63,469 nucleotides of DNA, filler included, from Octopus bimaculoides (GCF_001194135.2; 6 parts of 6 records of this genome joined end to end with filler, not necessarily neighbours in it), one strand, 5' to 3'. Shown: positions 1 to 13,612, counted from the whole stretch's first letter. Program-made: numbers and translations. Notes: generated by a model from the sequence alone, not told the origin.

Positions 1-33
<33 letters not shown>

Positions 34-36
<3 letters not shown>

Positions 37-186
37 TGTTGTCGTTGACACTCCGTCCGTTACGGAGAGCTCCAGTTCATCCGATCAACGGAACAGCCTG
101 CTCGTGAAATTAATGTGCAAGTGACTGAGCATTCAACAGACACGCATAAATTCACTGTGACACAGAATGTGATAAGGCTGGCAATT
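34..186 (-). mobile_element. SINE family C (tRNA-head, OR-like), 3' fragment
   Basis: Reverse complement matches the 3' end of the full copy at 52000-52381 (ctcagccacttgcac..gctgttccgttgatcggat..ggagtg.caacaac). Confidence 0.75.
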
Positions 187-377
187 TGAAATACAGTTAC
201 TACTCATTTCTGTTTAATGCATTAAATACATGTACCCTACAAGACTAGGGGAAAGCGTTAATTTATAAAACATGTGACATATGAATAAAAATCTGTAAAT
301 ATACAACTATCCAGACATCTGATTACCTGATTATTATTTTTTCTAATATATAATCCCTGTACATCACCTCCAAACCT

Positions 378-423
<46 letters not shown>

Positions 424-1149
424 TGCCAATACCTCGGGCCATTGAGTTGGTACTTTAGCGGCTAATGTTTTATCGGGACTAACACGTATCTTTAACTAAA
501 ACATACCTTCATTCTCGCCGTGAAAATATGGCCTCTGTTTAAATCGCGTTTCTCCTAATAACTTGAACCGACTCGTCTTTTGTGAAACTTACGTTTTTAA
601 ATAGACATCATGACACTTGCGTAATGTAATTGTAATAGTCTATTATTTTGATAAATGTTTGTATATCTATCTATAGCATGTTTTGTCCATACTCACGCGA
701 TGATACACAATTACCAACACAATATAGATGTTTTAGATAACTGAATACATAATACATACATGAGTATATGCCTAAATGCATATATATACACACATATATA
801 AATATACATATTTATACATACATACGCGCGCCCGCACACACACACACTAATGTTTGTGTATGTTAATGACGTTGTTAATGAAGTGGTAGTCACACAGGGA
901 TAATCTGGAATGAATGTTGACTCCAGTTTAAAATCTGAATTATTGCTGCTGTCTCTAATGAAGCAATCACTCGAAGTAACTGCAGTAACAGCAGGAAACT
1001 CGCTGTCCAATCTCCAGAATCCCCATTTCAACCTCTTCTCTGCTACCGCCGACACGACGCCGACTACCACCGTCACCGTCAACACCACTACCACTACAAC
1101 TTCTATCAGGCGCATTATTATCGCCGTAGGTATTCTTAGAATAATCAAA

Positions 1150-1312
1150 ACTAGTCATTGATACCACCACCACCACCACCACCACAACTCTAGTAACATC
1201 ATCGTCACCATGCCTGCATCGCCATAGCCTCCACCTTGATCACTGCCACTACTACTGCTACTGCTGCTACTGTCACTACCACCACCAACGTCACCACCAC
1301 CACCACTACTAT

Positions 1313-1347
<35 letters not shown>

Positions 1348-1432
1348 TTACTACTACTGCTGCTGCTGCTGCTACTGCTGTTTCTGCTGCTGCTTTTGCT
1401 ACTGTCTCTACCACCATAACTACTACTACTCT

Positions 1433-1478
<46 letters not shown>

Positions 1479-1545
1479 GCTACTGCCAGTTGCCGCTACT
1501 ACCGCTGCTGCTGCTGCTCTTGTTGCTGTTGTCTGCCTCACTACC
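1150..1545. repeat. Compound trinucleotide microsatellite (CAC/ACT/CTG)n
   Basis: Long pure (ACT)n and (CTG)n runs; explains the overlapping poly-T/S/V ORFs. Confidence 0.95.
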
Positions 1546-1689
1546 CACAGCTATATCTTTCTTAAATCACCATCTAGCGAACGTCTTAGAAAGAAATACA
1601 AATAATACGACGCCTAAACTTTAGAACGATCTCGAATGGATACAATAAGAGATACTAACGTCACTGTGATATTGTTTCTGAAACCCACG

Positions 1690-2330
1690 TTTTTGTCACT
1701 GATGCCAACGTTATTGTTATTAGGTCTAACATTGTCATCACTGTGGGCAACATAATTGCCAACCTAACCAGTTGATTGTCATTCTGATAAACGTTATTGT
1801 CACTGTGGCCAACATCGTTATCTGTGACTGAAACCAACATTATTGCCTGTCATAGTAATGAATAATTTTAGCATTGTGGTAAACATTATTATGGTTTCTG
1901 TCATGAATATTGTCTCAGCGATCAACATTATCAGGTCTCATTATAGTAAACATTGTCTGTCACGGGAATTAAGCATTACTGATATTACGTTATCGCATTT
2001 TGAAGGGACTAATAATTAAAGCCAATGTAATCAATACTACTGTGAGTGTCATTACCTTTTTGGCATTGTTGTTAACATTATTGCCAATATTTCCAGCCTC
2101 ATTGTAACTACGAACAAAATTATTATCAGTGTGACTTACATTATTGTCACAATTATAAACATTACTGGTATTGTGAAAAACATTACTATTTTTGAAGCCA
2201 AAATTATTTTTTGTTAATGTGATCCAAATTATAGCTACTGTGTTCAAAAGTCCGATTTCTGTGACATAATATTATTGCTTCTGTGATTAACATCACTGCT
2301 ATCGTGACCAACAGTATTGTTGTGGGCTGG
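1690..2330. repeat. Degenerate minisatellite (unit about 20-30 bp, aacattattgtcactgtg-like)
   Basis: The motif (c)aacattattg..cactgtg recurs many times with variation. Confidence 0.6.
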
Positions 2331-2540
2331 TACAATCGTTAGCACGCCTGGCAAAATACTTAGCGGCATTTCGTCCGTCTTTACTTTCTGTGATCAAATT
2401 CCGTCGAGGTCGACTTCGCTTTTCATTCTTTCGGGCTTGATAAAAATGAGTACCAGTTGAGTTGAGAACTGGGGTCAGTGAAATCGACTTACTTCCTCCC
2501 CTGAACTTAATGGCCATGTGCCAAAATTTGAAGTCAATAT
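2321..2540 (+). mobile_element. SINE family A (tRNA-head, Meta-domain-like core), diverged copy
   Basis: Colinear with 5052-5283, including B-box-like gatcaaattcc and core gtcgacttcgcttttcattctttcggg..aaaatgagtaccag. Confidence 0.85.
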
Positions 2541-3019
2541 CTCTAGCACGACGGAACACAATATAAACAACACCATATAATCGACGCCGTACTATAATCC
2601 TAAAAATTGAAATGACCATATTTGAACTTTGTCAGACCTTTCCGACATCTGATGAATAGCAAAGTACGCCAAAGACCAAATAATACTTGCAAGTGTTTCG
2701 AACGCAACGTAAATAAAATAGAAGCAGTAGAATTCGTGAAACTATTGACAGTCTGCGTTGATAAATAGTAAATAAAAAATAGTTACAAACTAAAAGAAGT
2801 TAGTGAGGAAGGGGAAAGAGAGCAGTAATATTTCAGTCAGGATCGTTCATATCGTTCTTCGTTAGTTCATCTATTAGCTCCACAGAAAGCTAACTTATTC
2901 CGTACCTTCCTTCAAAGAAGCCTCGTTAACGCTAACGACTTATGTTTTATTGCGACAATAATTTCAATTTATTCAATAGTCATTCTGGATCACTACATTA
3001 TGCATGTTATCCTGCACTT

Positions 3020-3315
3020 AACTATATATATATATATAGATATTCAGCTCTGGATCGTAAGGTTGTGAGTTCGATTATCAGCCGCGCCTTATTTCACATT
3101 GCTCCGGTCCACACAACTGGCAAAAATGATTTGTATACGTAATTCAAAGGGCCAGCCTTATCCCATTTTGAGTCACCCTGAATCTCCCTGAAAACTACGT
3201 TAAGGGTACGCGTGTCTGTGGAGTGCTCAGCCACTTGCACATTCATTTCACGTGCGGACTAGTTCATTAATCGGATTAACTGAAACACTCATCGTCTTAT
3301 CCGACGGAGTGTCAG
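3020..3315 (+). mobile_element. SINE family C variant, diverged
   Basis: Shares gtaattcaaagggccagcctt..aactacgttaagggtac.cgtgtctgtggagtgctcagccacttgcac with 52000-52381. Confidence 0.8.
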
Positions 3316-5051
3316 TTATGTATATATATATATGTATATGCACATGTGTATATGTGTATGTTTGGATGCATGTCGGTGTATCACGTAGAAGGGATCCAAT
3401 TTCTTTAACTTATAGGAATTTGGGGGAATTTCATAATTGAGACCGTTCCTATGAAAAAGTATTTTCTTACTATCCGTCATATGATTAGACAAATTTCGGC
3501 ACTTGTTCCGTCTTCTCGAAACCTGCATGAATGATTTTATATTCAATGAAATGGAACTCAGGATGTAATCCGACCAAATTATAAATACTGACTGAAAGGA
3601 CATTTAAACTGACTCTTAACTAAATCCACTGTAATTTACTCAATCTTCTAATGACGGCCATCTATCTAATCAGTAAGTTTGACGTAGCTTTAAAAGAAAA
3701 TTTGTCAGAAATACGTTTGAATAATGAAGACGCTCGGTTTATTATACACAATTATTCCATTCTATAATCTATCGCTATGCATCCAATTATCCGCTGAGTT
3801 TATAAATTGGATCATATTAATAAGTTTATAATCTCCCACATTAAAAGATTGTAACACACACATACACCCTACCACAATTCAATACGGTCATTCCTATAAT
3901 TCGTTGGAACTTATTTCTAAATTATTCACACTTGTTGCTATATCCATCGGCTTAAGTCCAGAAATATCACTTCGAAGTGTCTACTTCACTGAATGTAACA
4001 GTCTGACAGAAATGTTACATTCAACAAATTCAGTAGATGTTTTAGTTTTAATTCTCTAATTATTTCAACTATCTCTTCCATTAGATTTCCTACTCTAATT
4101 ACAGAACATTTCATTAATGATTAACTATACGTAATACTTCAATAAAAGTTCCTGTCAAATAAATTCTTCGGAAGATGCTTGGACGTTGCTTCTGGATTAT
4201 ACTCGATAGGGTCAAATATACGAATATATTAGCAGATAATATCTTATCGAACCCAAAATCCTGCAGGATTTGAAGTCAGATAAAGAAAGTTCTAAACTAA
4301 ATACAATAAAGAACTCTATTTTTCTACATCAATCTCGATACAGTCTTCTATATTTAATTTTTCTGCTCTCGACAAACACACTGAAATCTATATTTCACTT
4401 GTGAGGTCATAAGTAATTCATAACATGACTGGAGTTTTCTCCTTTCTTTGTTGAAATAATTAAAATATTTGTTACCTAACATTATTTAGTTCTTATGCTA
4501 TAATTATTCCTAGTTAGCTATTTTTACTACTGCGTGCATTGAATGCACGTAACAATGATTACATATATCTTTATAGCCTGCTCTGCCACATGCTTACCTT
4601 AAAGCACTCTCCCATAAGCTTATTTAGGTACTTGGAACTTCCACAGATTTTTACCTTTCTAACCTATGGTTTATAGTTTTGTCAGAATTGGAAGGGTTCA
4701 CGAAACTGCTCTACATCTCTATTCCTATTTGTAGCATCAAAATTTCCTATTCTAGTGACCTATTCTAGATATCTCAGCGCGTAGATATTTTCTATTTAGT
4801 TCCATTCGAGAAAAGGATTATTGTTAAGGCAAATATCATGTTTAGTTTATATTTATGATTGCACTGTTCAATATCTTAATTTTTATGATAGGGAATGATA
4901 TGAGGAAGATGTAACTGCTATTCATGGAAGTCGCGTCACTCGTGCACCTGACTATCTCAATGACATGCTGGGCCAGCTTTACTAACAGAGAGCAACGAGA
5001 AGGCAATAGAGTGCTTCTTCGTCGTTACTAGGATTACAAGAAGTAGAAGCT

Positions 5052-5283
5052 AAGGCGGCGAGCTGGCAGAATCGTTAGCACGCCTGGCGAAATGCTTAGC
5101 GGTATTTCGTCTGCCGTTACGTTCTGAGTTCAAATTCCGCCGAGGTCGACTTTGCCTTTCATCCTTTCGGGGTCGATAAATTAAGTACCAGTTACGCACT
5201 GGGGTCGATGTAATCGACTTAATCTGTTCGTCTGTCCTTGTTTGTTCCCTCTATGTTTAGCCCCTTGTGGGCAATAAAGAAAT
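5052..5283 (+). mobile_element. SINE family A, full-length copy with TSD
   Basis: A-box-like tggcagaatcg and B box gagttcaaattcc; 12-bp TSD AAGAAGTAGAAG at 5038-5049 and 5284-5295. The core cctttcatcctttcggggtcgataaa resembles the MetaSINE Meta domain as I recall it. Confidence 0.9.
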
Positions 5284-6675
5284 AAGAAGTAGAAGTTAAA
5301 TCTCACTTAATAACACCATGAATAATGCAATCCAAGGCAACATATTCCTGGAAAATGGCAGAATGGTCTCGGTTGAAACGTCATTGACCCGACTGGTTCC
5401 GACCTAGGGCAGAACGTAGCCAACATGCATTCATGGCACCGACAAAATGTTTTACCTTTGGGTGTAATTGACCACCAGTAACTTTTTTTACTACCAACAG
5501 GATTTTTACCAAATACCGTTTCTAGTAAAAACACTACAGAATTTGTCTATGAACATGGGTCAGTATTGTTAAGAGTATACAAATCTTTTCATGCTCTGGG
5601 TTAATTGACATATACCCAAGACAACACAAGCTGATGTTCTCTGTGTTGTACTAATAAGCAGTTTCTATGTGGTCAATCGACGAACTAGAAATAGTAACCA
5701 AATAGCCCTTATTAAATACTCTACTGTATTGCTTAATGTAGTTCTAGATGCCCTAAGACTGGTGGCCGTTGCAATGCCTTTCATTATAAATCTCGACCTG
5801 CACTGACCAACTGTAACTATGAAGTTTCTTACTAAGAAGATACGTTAAATTAACATAGAATATGAGAAATCAGAATAGACAGGCTGATTTAGGGTCGTTA
5901 ACAAATAGTAGATGTGTTATAAGCACACGAATACCATGGCACAATTCTCGTTTACACACTTTAGGGAATTTATTTTTCTTCTTCAAACATGCAATTTATT
6001 GTTGATCTGAATATTTTTATGTTTTTAGAAGTGAAATATTCCAGTTGACTGATTTCACCTTCATACGTACACTCGAAGATGTGACCAAATATGACACACC
6101 AACGATAGTCTATTGAAAGTTGCAAAAAATTCATTATCAAAATGTCTACAGTTTATGCCTCGTAAATACTTAGATGTTTTAACGCTATATCAAAACTCAG
6201 TATACCTAAATAGAAGTAAGTATTATTTGTAAGTAGTTTATCATATAATAAGGAATTCAACATAATTAACAAGTGCTTCATGTAAACGAAATGGAATTAG
6301 GCATAGTTAATGTCTTCATGCGAAAGAAATATTACCTCGAGAAATACATTGTTAATAAACCTACACTACGATACACAATATCAAGAAGTCTAATTATGTG
6401 ACAACGCTTTTAGTTGAGTAAGTAAACTAGTCAAATTTGAAGTTTGGTTTCATTATAAGTCTTTATCAGCTAAAGTATAACCTTTGCTATTTTTTCTTGA
6501 TACTGCAGGAACTGACTTACTATATAGAAAGTTTTTAAAACACCGAGAAATCTAGGCCAGATCACACTACATTAAATTGCAAATTACTTCCTCATCTACA
6601 AAACGATGCTCTTTCAATTCGTAGCTGAAGGAATGTAATTTAATTTTTGATTATATCATTTAATTGAAGAAATAC

Positions 6676-6767
6676 ATGTAACATTGACATCATATCTAAT
6701 ATAGCTGAGGCAGGTGTGGTGTTAAACTGAGGGCCTGAAATGATTGTTTCCAATAGAAAGAAACCTA
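6676..6767 (-). CDS. Candidate coding exon (GFFLLETIISGPQFNTTPASAILDMMSMLH), product unknown
   Basis: Strong acceptor ctattttgttgtatttcag, open phase-1 frame, possible donor CAT|gtattt; no homology recognised. Confidence 0.2.
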
Positions 6768-7771
6768 CTGAAATACAACAAAATAGAGGAGGTAGTGTTA
6801 AATTGCCTTATATTTTAAACACAGCAACCAAAAATGGGTTCCCCTCATATGACACTAATGCTTAAGGAAAATTCATGACATATGACATGAAATTAAATAA
6901 CCGCCACTTCACTTTCCAAATTTTGAGTTGTTTGCATCGAGACATGATAGATATGATTAACTCTGAAAAATAATAAACTTAAAGATTATTATTTTTATAT
7001 ACTGAAACCTCTATGGAGGTGAAATATTTCCAATATTTACACCTGAACATCTTCAGGTGACTTATTTCTGGATGTTCATATAGATTCGCACTGGATTAAG
7101 TCCGGTACTGTATACACATCCAAAAATACTGCTCTAGTTAAAATATTTCTATTATGTAAAATTTTAGATAAAATGCAGTCTGGTACTATGTGCATATCTA
7201 AAAATAAATATCTAGTTCGAACCCAGAGTGGTATACAATATATATAATCTGGTATGAGACTGTACTTGGAATCCAGTGCAGTACTATGTACACATCTGAA
7301 AAAAAAAAAGAATCTACTTGAAATCCGGTTTAGTACCAAGAAAAAGACATCTGATGATCGAATATGAAATCGATTGAAAGATGTAAAATATTAGAAAGGT
7401 TTCAACGTAAACACAATGATAAAAGTCAGAAAAATTATCTTAACATCTAATTATCTCTAGCATTTTGACATTTAGCAAAGTTTCAATGTTCTAACAAATT
7501 TAGAATTTTCTTCGTAATAGAATTATGACTTGATTCTGTAAACATACTTGTTTACAGAAGGTGAATTTTCGGGTATTGATATAGAGATAATTGGGGAAAA
7601 CAGCGTTTTCATGTTTTGTTAAAAATTAAACTGCTGAAGGGAAAGAAACGTTAGGATTACTATTCCTCATGGATTTTACATTTTAAAACAGTGTGATATG
7701 AAATGAGGATAGGTGACTGCTGTTCCTAGCAGACCGATTGTCTATGTAGTCCCTCTTTAAACTAATCATTT

Positions 7772-8186
7772 TACTCTTTTACTCTTTTATTTGTTTCAGT
7801 CATTTGACTGCGGCTATGCTGGAGCACCGCCTTTAGTCGAGCAAATCGACCCCGGGACTTATTCTTTGTGAGCCTAGTACTTATTCTATCGGTCTCTTTT
7901 GCCGAACCGCTAAGTGACGGAGACATAAACACACCAGCATCGGTTGTTAAGCAATGCTAGGGGGACAAACACACACACACAAACACACACACATATACAT
8001 ATATATATATACACATATATACGACGGGCTTCTTTCAGTTTCCGTCTACCAAATCCACTCACAAGGCTTTGGTCGGCCCGAGGCTATAGTAGAAGACACT
8101 TGCCCAAGGTGCTACGCAGTGGGACTGAACCCGGAACCATGTGGTTGATAAGCAAGCTACTTACTACACAGCCACTCCTGCGCCTA
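7772..8186 (-). mobile_element. SINE family B (tRNA-head, CORE-like domain, internal CA/TA microsatellite), full length
   Basis: Minus strand reads taggcgcaggagtggctgtgt(a)gtaag..ggttccgggttcagtccc (A/B boxes), ccttgggcaagtgtcttc (CORE-like), and 3' gcagtcaaatgactgaaacaaataaaagagt. Confidence 0.9.
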
Positions 8187-8599
8187 TTTCGTTCTCACGA
8201 TATAGTTTCTGTGTTTAGATTTAATTCACATAAGATGCTCATATTTAAATGATTGTTTTACGGTAACTCTTCAAATATCCTTGAAAATTCTTGAAAAGGA
8301 AAAAAAAAAATATTTGCCCAGTCTATCACTAATTACCACTCCAATTTCTTCCACTCAATATTCTTTACTCTCTTATAGTAAAAAACATTCTGAACTCAAT
8401 TTGAAGAATTCGCTTCTAAGCTTTGCAAAACTTGAGGCTATCACAACACACACATCACCAACCATGCAAAGAGCCTCTACTGCAAGTGGTGGAAAAGCTA
8501 CACAATTCAAGTTCATAAGAATCTAAACGGTAGTATATGTATTGAGTAAAAGTAAGATACATTAATTTTTTTGATTATATAAATTCATAGGTGTGTTAC

Positions 8600-8690
8600 T
8601 GGTGGTCTTCAGGATTAAACTGTTCTTCCAAACTGACTTTTAAAGATTTTGCCGACATGAATATATGTTCTGTAAGGGGCAGTGTTTCAC
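8600..8690 (-). CDS. Candidate coding exon (ETLPLTEHIFMSAKSLKVSLEEQFNPEDH), product unknown
   Basis: Acceptor tttctgtatattacag, donor CA|gtaaca, only one open frame, in-frame stop right after the donor; no homology recognised. Confidence 0.25.
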
Positions 8691-8994
8691 CTGTAATATA
8701 CAGAAATTGCTGAACGGACTAGCAATAGCAAATAAATGTCCTCGATACAACAATTTATTGTGTTAAAGTAAGGCAGATTGGAAATATGGTTCATCGTATA
8801 CAATACATACATATATGTTCACGACTGGAACGGATTTTGTCACAAGTATGCTTGACAAGGGCTGAAAAGACATTGAACGAAACGGACAAAAGCTACAATA
8901 TTTGTAAATTGATTATAAATTTATCAGTCATTTTATTGATATAAATATTACTACAAAAATGTTGTCCTCATTATTGGTGTTTCAGTATGCATGC

Positions 8995-9395
8995 TGGGGA
9001 AAAATGCATAGCAGCACTTTCGTTCGTCTTTACGCTCTGAGTACAAATATCTCCGAGGTCAACTTTGCTTTTCATCCTTTCAAGGTCTAAAAAATAAGTA
9101 CCAGTTGAAAGTTGGGGTCGATGTGATCGACGCATACCCTCCACCAAAATTTCTGGCCTAGAGCCAAAACTTAGAATCATTATCACTGTAGTAGTTAAGG
9201 TGGCGAGCTGGCAGAATCAGTAGCCCACCGGACAAAATACTTCGTGACATTTCGTCCGCCAGTGCGTTCTGAGTTCGACTGTGTCTTGTATCCTTTCGGA
9301 GACGATGAAATAATTACCATTTGGTCACTGGTGTCGATGTGATTGACATAACGCCTCTCCCCAAAGTTTTAGACCTTGTGCCAATAATAGAAAAG
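8995..9395. mobile_element. Two diverged SINE family A copies, head-to-head (about 8995-9180 minus; 9197-9395 plus)
   Basis: Both align with the 5052-5283 copy. Confidence 0.75.
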
Positions 9396-9853
9396 TTTAT
9401 TACTGTTGTAGTTGTTTTTGTTGTGTTGCTGTTGTTGGCATTAGTACTTCAAATGTTTAGACATATGTATATCTTAATGAACCGGTATATTACGAAAAGT
9501 ATGTAATCAATGTAGGGTATATATTTACACTTAGAGATAGAGAAGAATGTGTACACGTTGGTATATACGAGAGGAAGAAATAAGCGTACGCAATCTAGAA
9601 TTAAAGTATCTGATGCGGCATTTTCTTAATTAAGCCAACAGAGTGATATTAAGAAGACTTGGCTGCTATCTGTTACTAGTTCAACAACTAGGTAGAATTT
9701 GTCTTGCTGTTTTCGCAATGCAAGAAATGTTAGAACATCTTCGCACAAGGCCAGCATTTTCGGGAGGGAGGTTAAATCGAGTACACGACCTAAGTGATCA
9801 TCTAATACTTATTTTATGAAAGGAAAAGTCGACCTCAGCAGAATTTGAACTCA

Positions 9854-9962
9854 AATCACTTTGAAAACACCGGTTCTCGTCCGATCACCGAAGTTAAGCA
9901 AAGTCGAGCCTAGTTAGTACTTAGATGGGTGACCGCTTGGGAAGCCCAGGTGTTGTAAACGT
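9854..9962 (+). rRNA. 5S rRNA retrocopy (about 11 nt missing at 5' end, followed by an A-rich tail; probable pseudogene)
   Basis: ttgaaaacaccggttctcgtccgatcaccgaagttaagca..agttagtactt.gatgggtgaccgcttgggaa..ggtgttgta matches metazoan 5S rRNA. An A-rich tract at 9963-9995 replaces the T-run terminator. Confidence 0.92.
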
Positions 9963-9995
9963 AAAAAAAAATAAATAAAAATAAAAAATAAAAAA

Positions 9996-10226
9996 GGCGG
10001 GGAGCTAGCAGAAACGTTAGGACGCCGGGCGAAATGCTTAGCGGTATTTCGACTGCCGCTACGTTCCGAGTTCAAATTCCGCCGAGGTCGACTTTGCCTT
10101 TCATCCTTTCGGGGTCGGTAAATTAAGTACCAGTTACGCACTGGGGTCGATGTAATCGACTTAATCCCTTTGTCTATCCTTGTTTGTCCCCTCTATGTTT
10201 AGCCCCTTGTGGGCAGTAAAAAAATA
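9996..10226 (+). mobile_element. SINE family A, full-length copy fused downstream of the 5S retrocopy
   Basis: Near-identical to 5052-5283 over its whole length. Confidence 0.9.
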
Positions 10227-10741
10227 AGAATTTGAACTCAGAATATAAAGAGGGACAAGATGCCGCTAAGCATTTTGTCAAGGATGCTAATGATTCTGCC
10301 AGTTCGTCGCTTTAAGAAATGTTAAAACATCATTTGATTGCAAAGGTTGTGCTGTAATCTGTTATCCACTCAAGTAAAAGTTCTAATTTCTAAAACGGTT
10401 GGGGTGCTGTAGCTGTATCTAAAACACAGAATATTTTGGAATCCGGAACTTCGCGTATATTATCATAACGCAAGATCAGAAAATTTCACATTGATTTTTA
10501 GCCTCCTAATAATTTCAATGAACACGGGCACACATCAGCAAGCGGCATTCGGATCTTAATGGTATAGTTCATTAGGTCGAACGAAATAAGCATGTAATTA
10601 AGCATTGACAAATTTCGATATAATGATCTTCGACACCAAGGTAGCTTAAAATAGCGGAGTCTGTTTCTTCTTTTAAATATCCGATGGTGTTGAATATAAT
10701 GAGAGATTCTGCAGTCATTGCCATCGGAAGCCAGTATACAT

Positions 10742-10788
<47 letters not shown>

Positions 10789-11764
10789 CATATATTTATT
10801 TGTACATACATATGTATATGCATATACGTGTATAATACACATACACACATACGTGCAAACACACACACACACGTGTATATATGCTTGTGTGTGCCTGTGC
10901 GTGCGTGTGTTTTGTGTGTGTGTGTGTGTGTGTACGTAAGTGTGTGTGTGCGCGCGCGCGCGTGTGTGTGTGCGTGTGTGTGTGTGAGTGTTTGTGATCG
11001 TTTTTATACCGGCTTCTGATGGCAATAGGTGTGAAGTCATTATATTTAATGTTATTGAACAGTTAAAAGAAGAACGGCTACTTTAAGTATTGATAGCTAA
11101 GAAAACACACATACACACGCACACACAATCTCACACGCACATATGTAATGTATTATGTATGTATGCATGTGTGTGCGCATCTATTTACACATACACATAT
11201 TCTCAGCAGTAGTACCTGGGGTTACCCTGATGTGATGATATCTAACATATAAACCATACCATGAAGTAACGAGGTATGCGATAAATAAATTTGGAAAGCT
11301 TCATTTTCTTTTATCTTTTGGCCAGAAGATAAGGCAATGTCCATGATCCTTTAAAGGTGCTTTCTACGCTGGATAGGGAAATCCCGAAACCAGAATGGTT
11401 GTAACAGAGAAGGCTTTAATAAGATACCCAAAATTCCAGGTAGCCTAGACAATTGGCTCTCCCAGAATTGTATCCACGTCATGACCATCATAGTTTAGTT
11501 TGATCTTCATAAGTAAAATGTGAAAGCCTCAACTTATCAAGAAAATAAACTATGATTTAATTCTTCATGTCTGTTATTTTTCAGGAGCATATACGTTTTT
11601 TTAAATACTGTAATGATTTACATAATTAGTGGAACTGATTAGTTTTCTAATTAAAACCATTTCTCAATATTAATTGCAAGCTTGCATGCACACAATAATG
11701 TTTGTTTTTTCTAAGAACCATGAAAATTGCATGTGACCTTCAATATGAAAAATGCACTACTATT

Positions 11765-11962
11765 CTTTTACTTGTTTCAGTAATTTGACTGCTGCCATGC
11801 TGGAGCACCGCCTTCAGTAGAGCAAATCGACCCCAGGACTTATTCTTTGTAAGCCTAGTACTTATTCTATCAGTCTCTTTTGCCGAACTGCTAGGCTACG
11901 AGGGCGTAAACACTCCAACATCGGTTGTTAAGCGATGTTGGGGGGATAAACACAGACACACA

Positions 11963-12047
<85 letters not shown>

Positions 12048-12155
12048 TGTTTCCATCTATCAAATCCACTCACAAGGCTTTGGTTGGCCCGAGACTACAG
12101 TAAAAGACACTTCTACATGGTGCCAAGCAGTGGGACTGAACCCGGAACCATGTGG
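11765..12155 (-). mobile_element. SINE family B with expanded (CA)n, head partly missing
   Basis: Colinear with 7772-8186. Confidence 0.85.
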
Positions 12156-12320
12156 GTTCATTTTGCACTGCTTCCAAGATACAAAATTGTGCCTTACAAC
12201 GTGAAACATGCATTAACTTTTACATATGCAATATGTGTATTTGAATGTGCGTGTTTGTATGTGTGTTTGTGTATGTGCGTGTATGTGTGTTTGTGTGTGT
12301 ATGTGTGTGTATGTGTTTGT

Positions 12321-12362
<42 letters not shown>

Positions 12363-12540
12363 TTGTGTGTGGTGTGCGTGTACTGAAAAATCCAGAAATT
12401 CTCCAGGCGGTAAATCTTCACGAGCAAATTTTATATATTAAGTGTAATGTTTATGTAACCAGCTAACTACACTTTGATTTAAAGATCTTCATGAATTTGT
12501 AATTACAATTATTTCATGATTTCATGACTAGCTGTTGTAG

Positions 12541-12573
12541 GTGAGGCGATCGTTATCGACAGTCTTCCGGGAG
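12541..12573 (+). CDS. Candidate 33-nt microexon (EAIVIDSLPG in phase 1, or VRRSLSTVFRE in phase 0)
   Basis: GC-rich island bounded by tgtag| and GAG|gtaatt; weak polypyrimidine tract. Confidence 0.2.
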
Positions 12574-13478
12574 GTAATTAATGAATATTAACTTCCTTCA
12601 ATGAATAATATAAATAAGTATAAAGGTAGTCATAAATCATTAGTGTAATTGAAATTAATTAAAAGTTATTTAATGCAAATGCAATGAAAATAAATTCGTT
12701 TTCATATTTAAGCGTAGTCGATATTTTTCAATGGATGCACTTTTCATTTCTATCTTCGGTTGTTCAGATATTCTGTCATGATATTGATACACAGTAATAC
12801 TTATACTGTTGGTGATTCCAAGGACATGTACGTATATGTTCAATGAGACTTTTGCTGTGGATGCAAAATAACATTGGCTCTTTATGTAATGTCATGTGTT
12901 TACATAATATGTGTTTGTCCTAAATATATTTTTTTTCCATCCTGGACGCATTATCCCATTGACTAGTATTCCGATAATGCTGGTAAAACCAGTCTATATT
13001 TCGAATTATTGCCCTTGTTTAAAATGGATTTCTCACAATCCAGATGAGTTAAGATAATTTATCGAGTTAAGACATCCCCATTTATTGACTTATGGTACTT
13101 TTGTTGTTGAATGTAAATGAGCATCTGTTATTGTTATGTTTAATATTTGTAGCTGTTTGTCACTTTTTGTAATTCTGTAGATATAGAATCTTGGCATCCA
13201 TTTTCACAACCGTTAAAATTTAAAAAACAATATAATAGACATCGTTATTTCTAGGATTTTGAGTTGAGACATATGGCGACACTTTTTCTTCCGGTATGCT
13301 GTGTTGTTTTACTTGTCTTTGCTTTGTGTTCTCCAGCATCTACTGGGAATAGTGGATAATATCTGTTGTTCACTATAATTGTATATGTTCTTGGAGTCGT
13401 TCATCGAAAAAATATATCAGCAAGATTGCAGTGCATTTTCTCTTTATTCTCAATACACACACACATGCACGCACGCAC

Positions 13479-13612
<134 letters not shown>

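Larger units (their letters stand above)
9730..10313 (-). mobile_element. Older SINE family A copy split at its B box by the 5S-SINE insertion
   Basis: 9730-9853 and 10227-10313 join into one antisense SINE A once the insertion and one TSD are removed. Confidence 0.75.

Noticed and set aside
711-1565. Overlapping poly-T/S/V ORFs
   Set aside because: Products of trinucleotide microsatellites. The short non-repetitive part (900-1050) has no recognisable homology or splice sites.
4890-4985. Protein-like frame YEEDVTAIHGSRVTRAPDYLNDMLGQLY*
   Set aside because: Its start overlaps the dispersed ancient repeat motif; no splice support.
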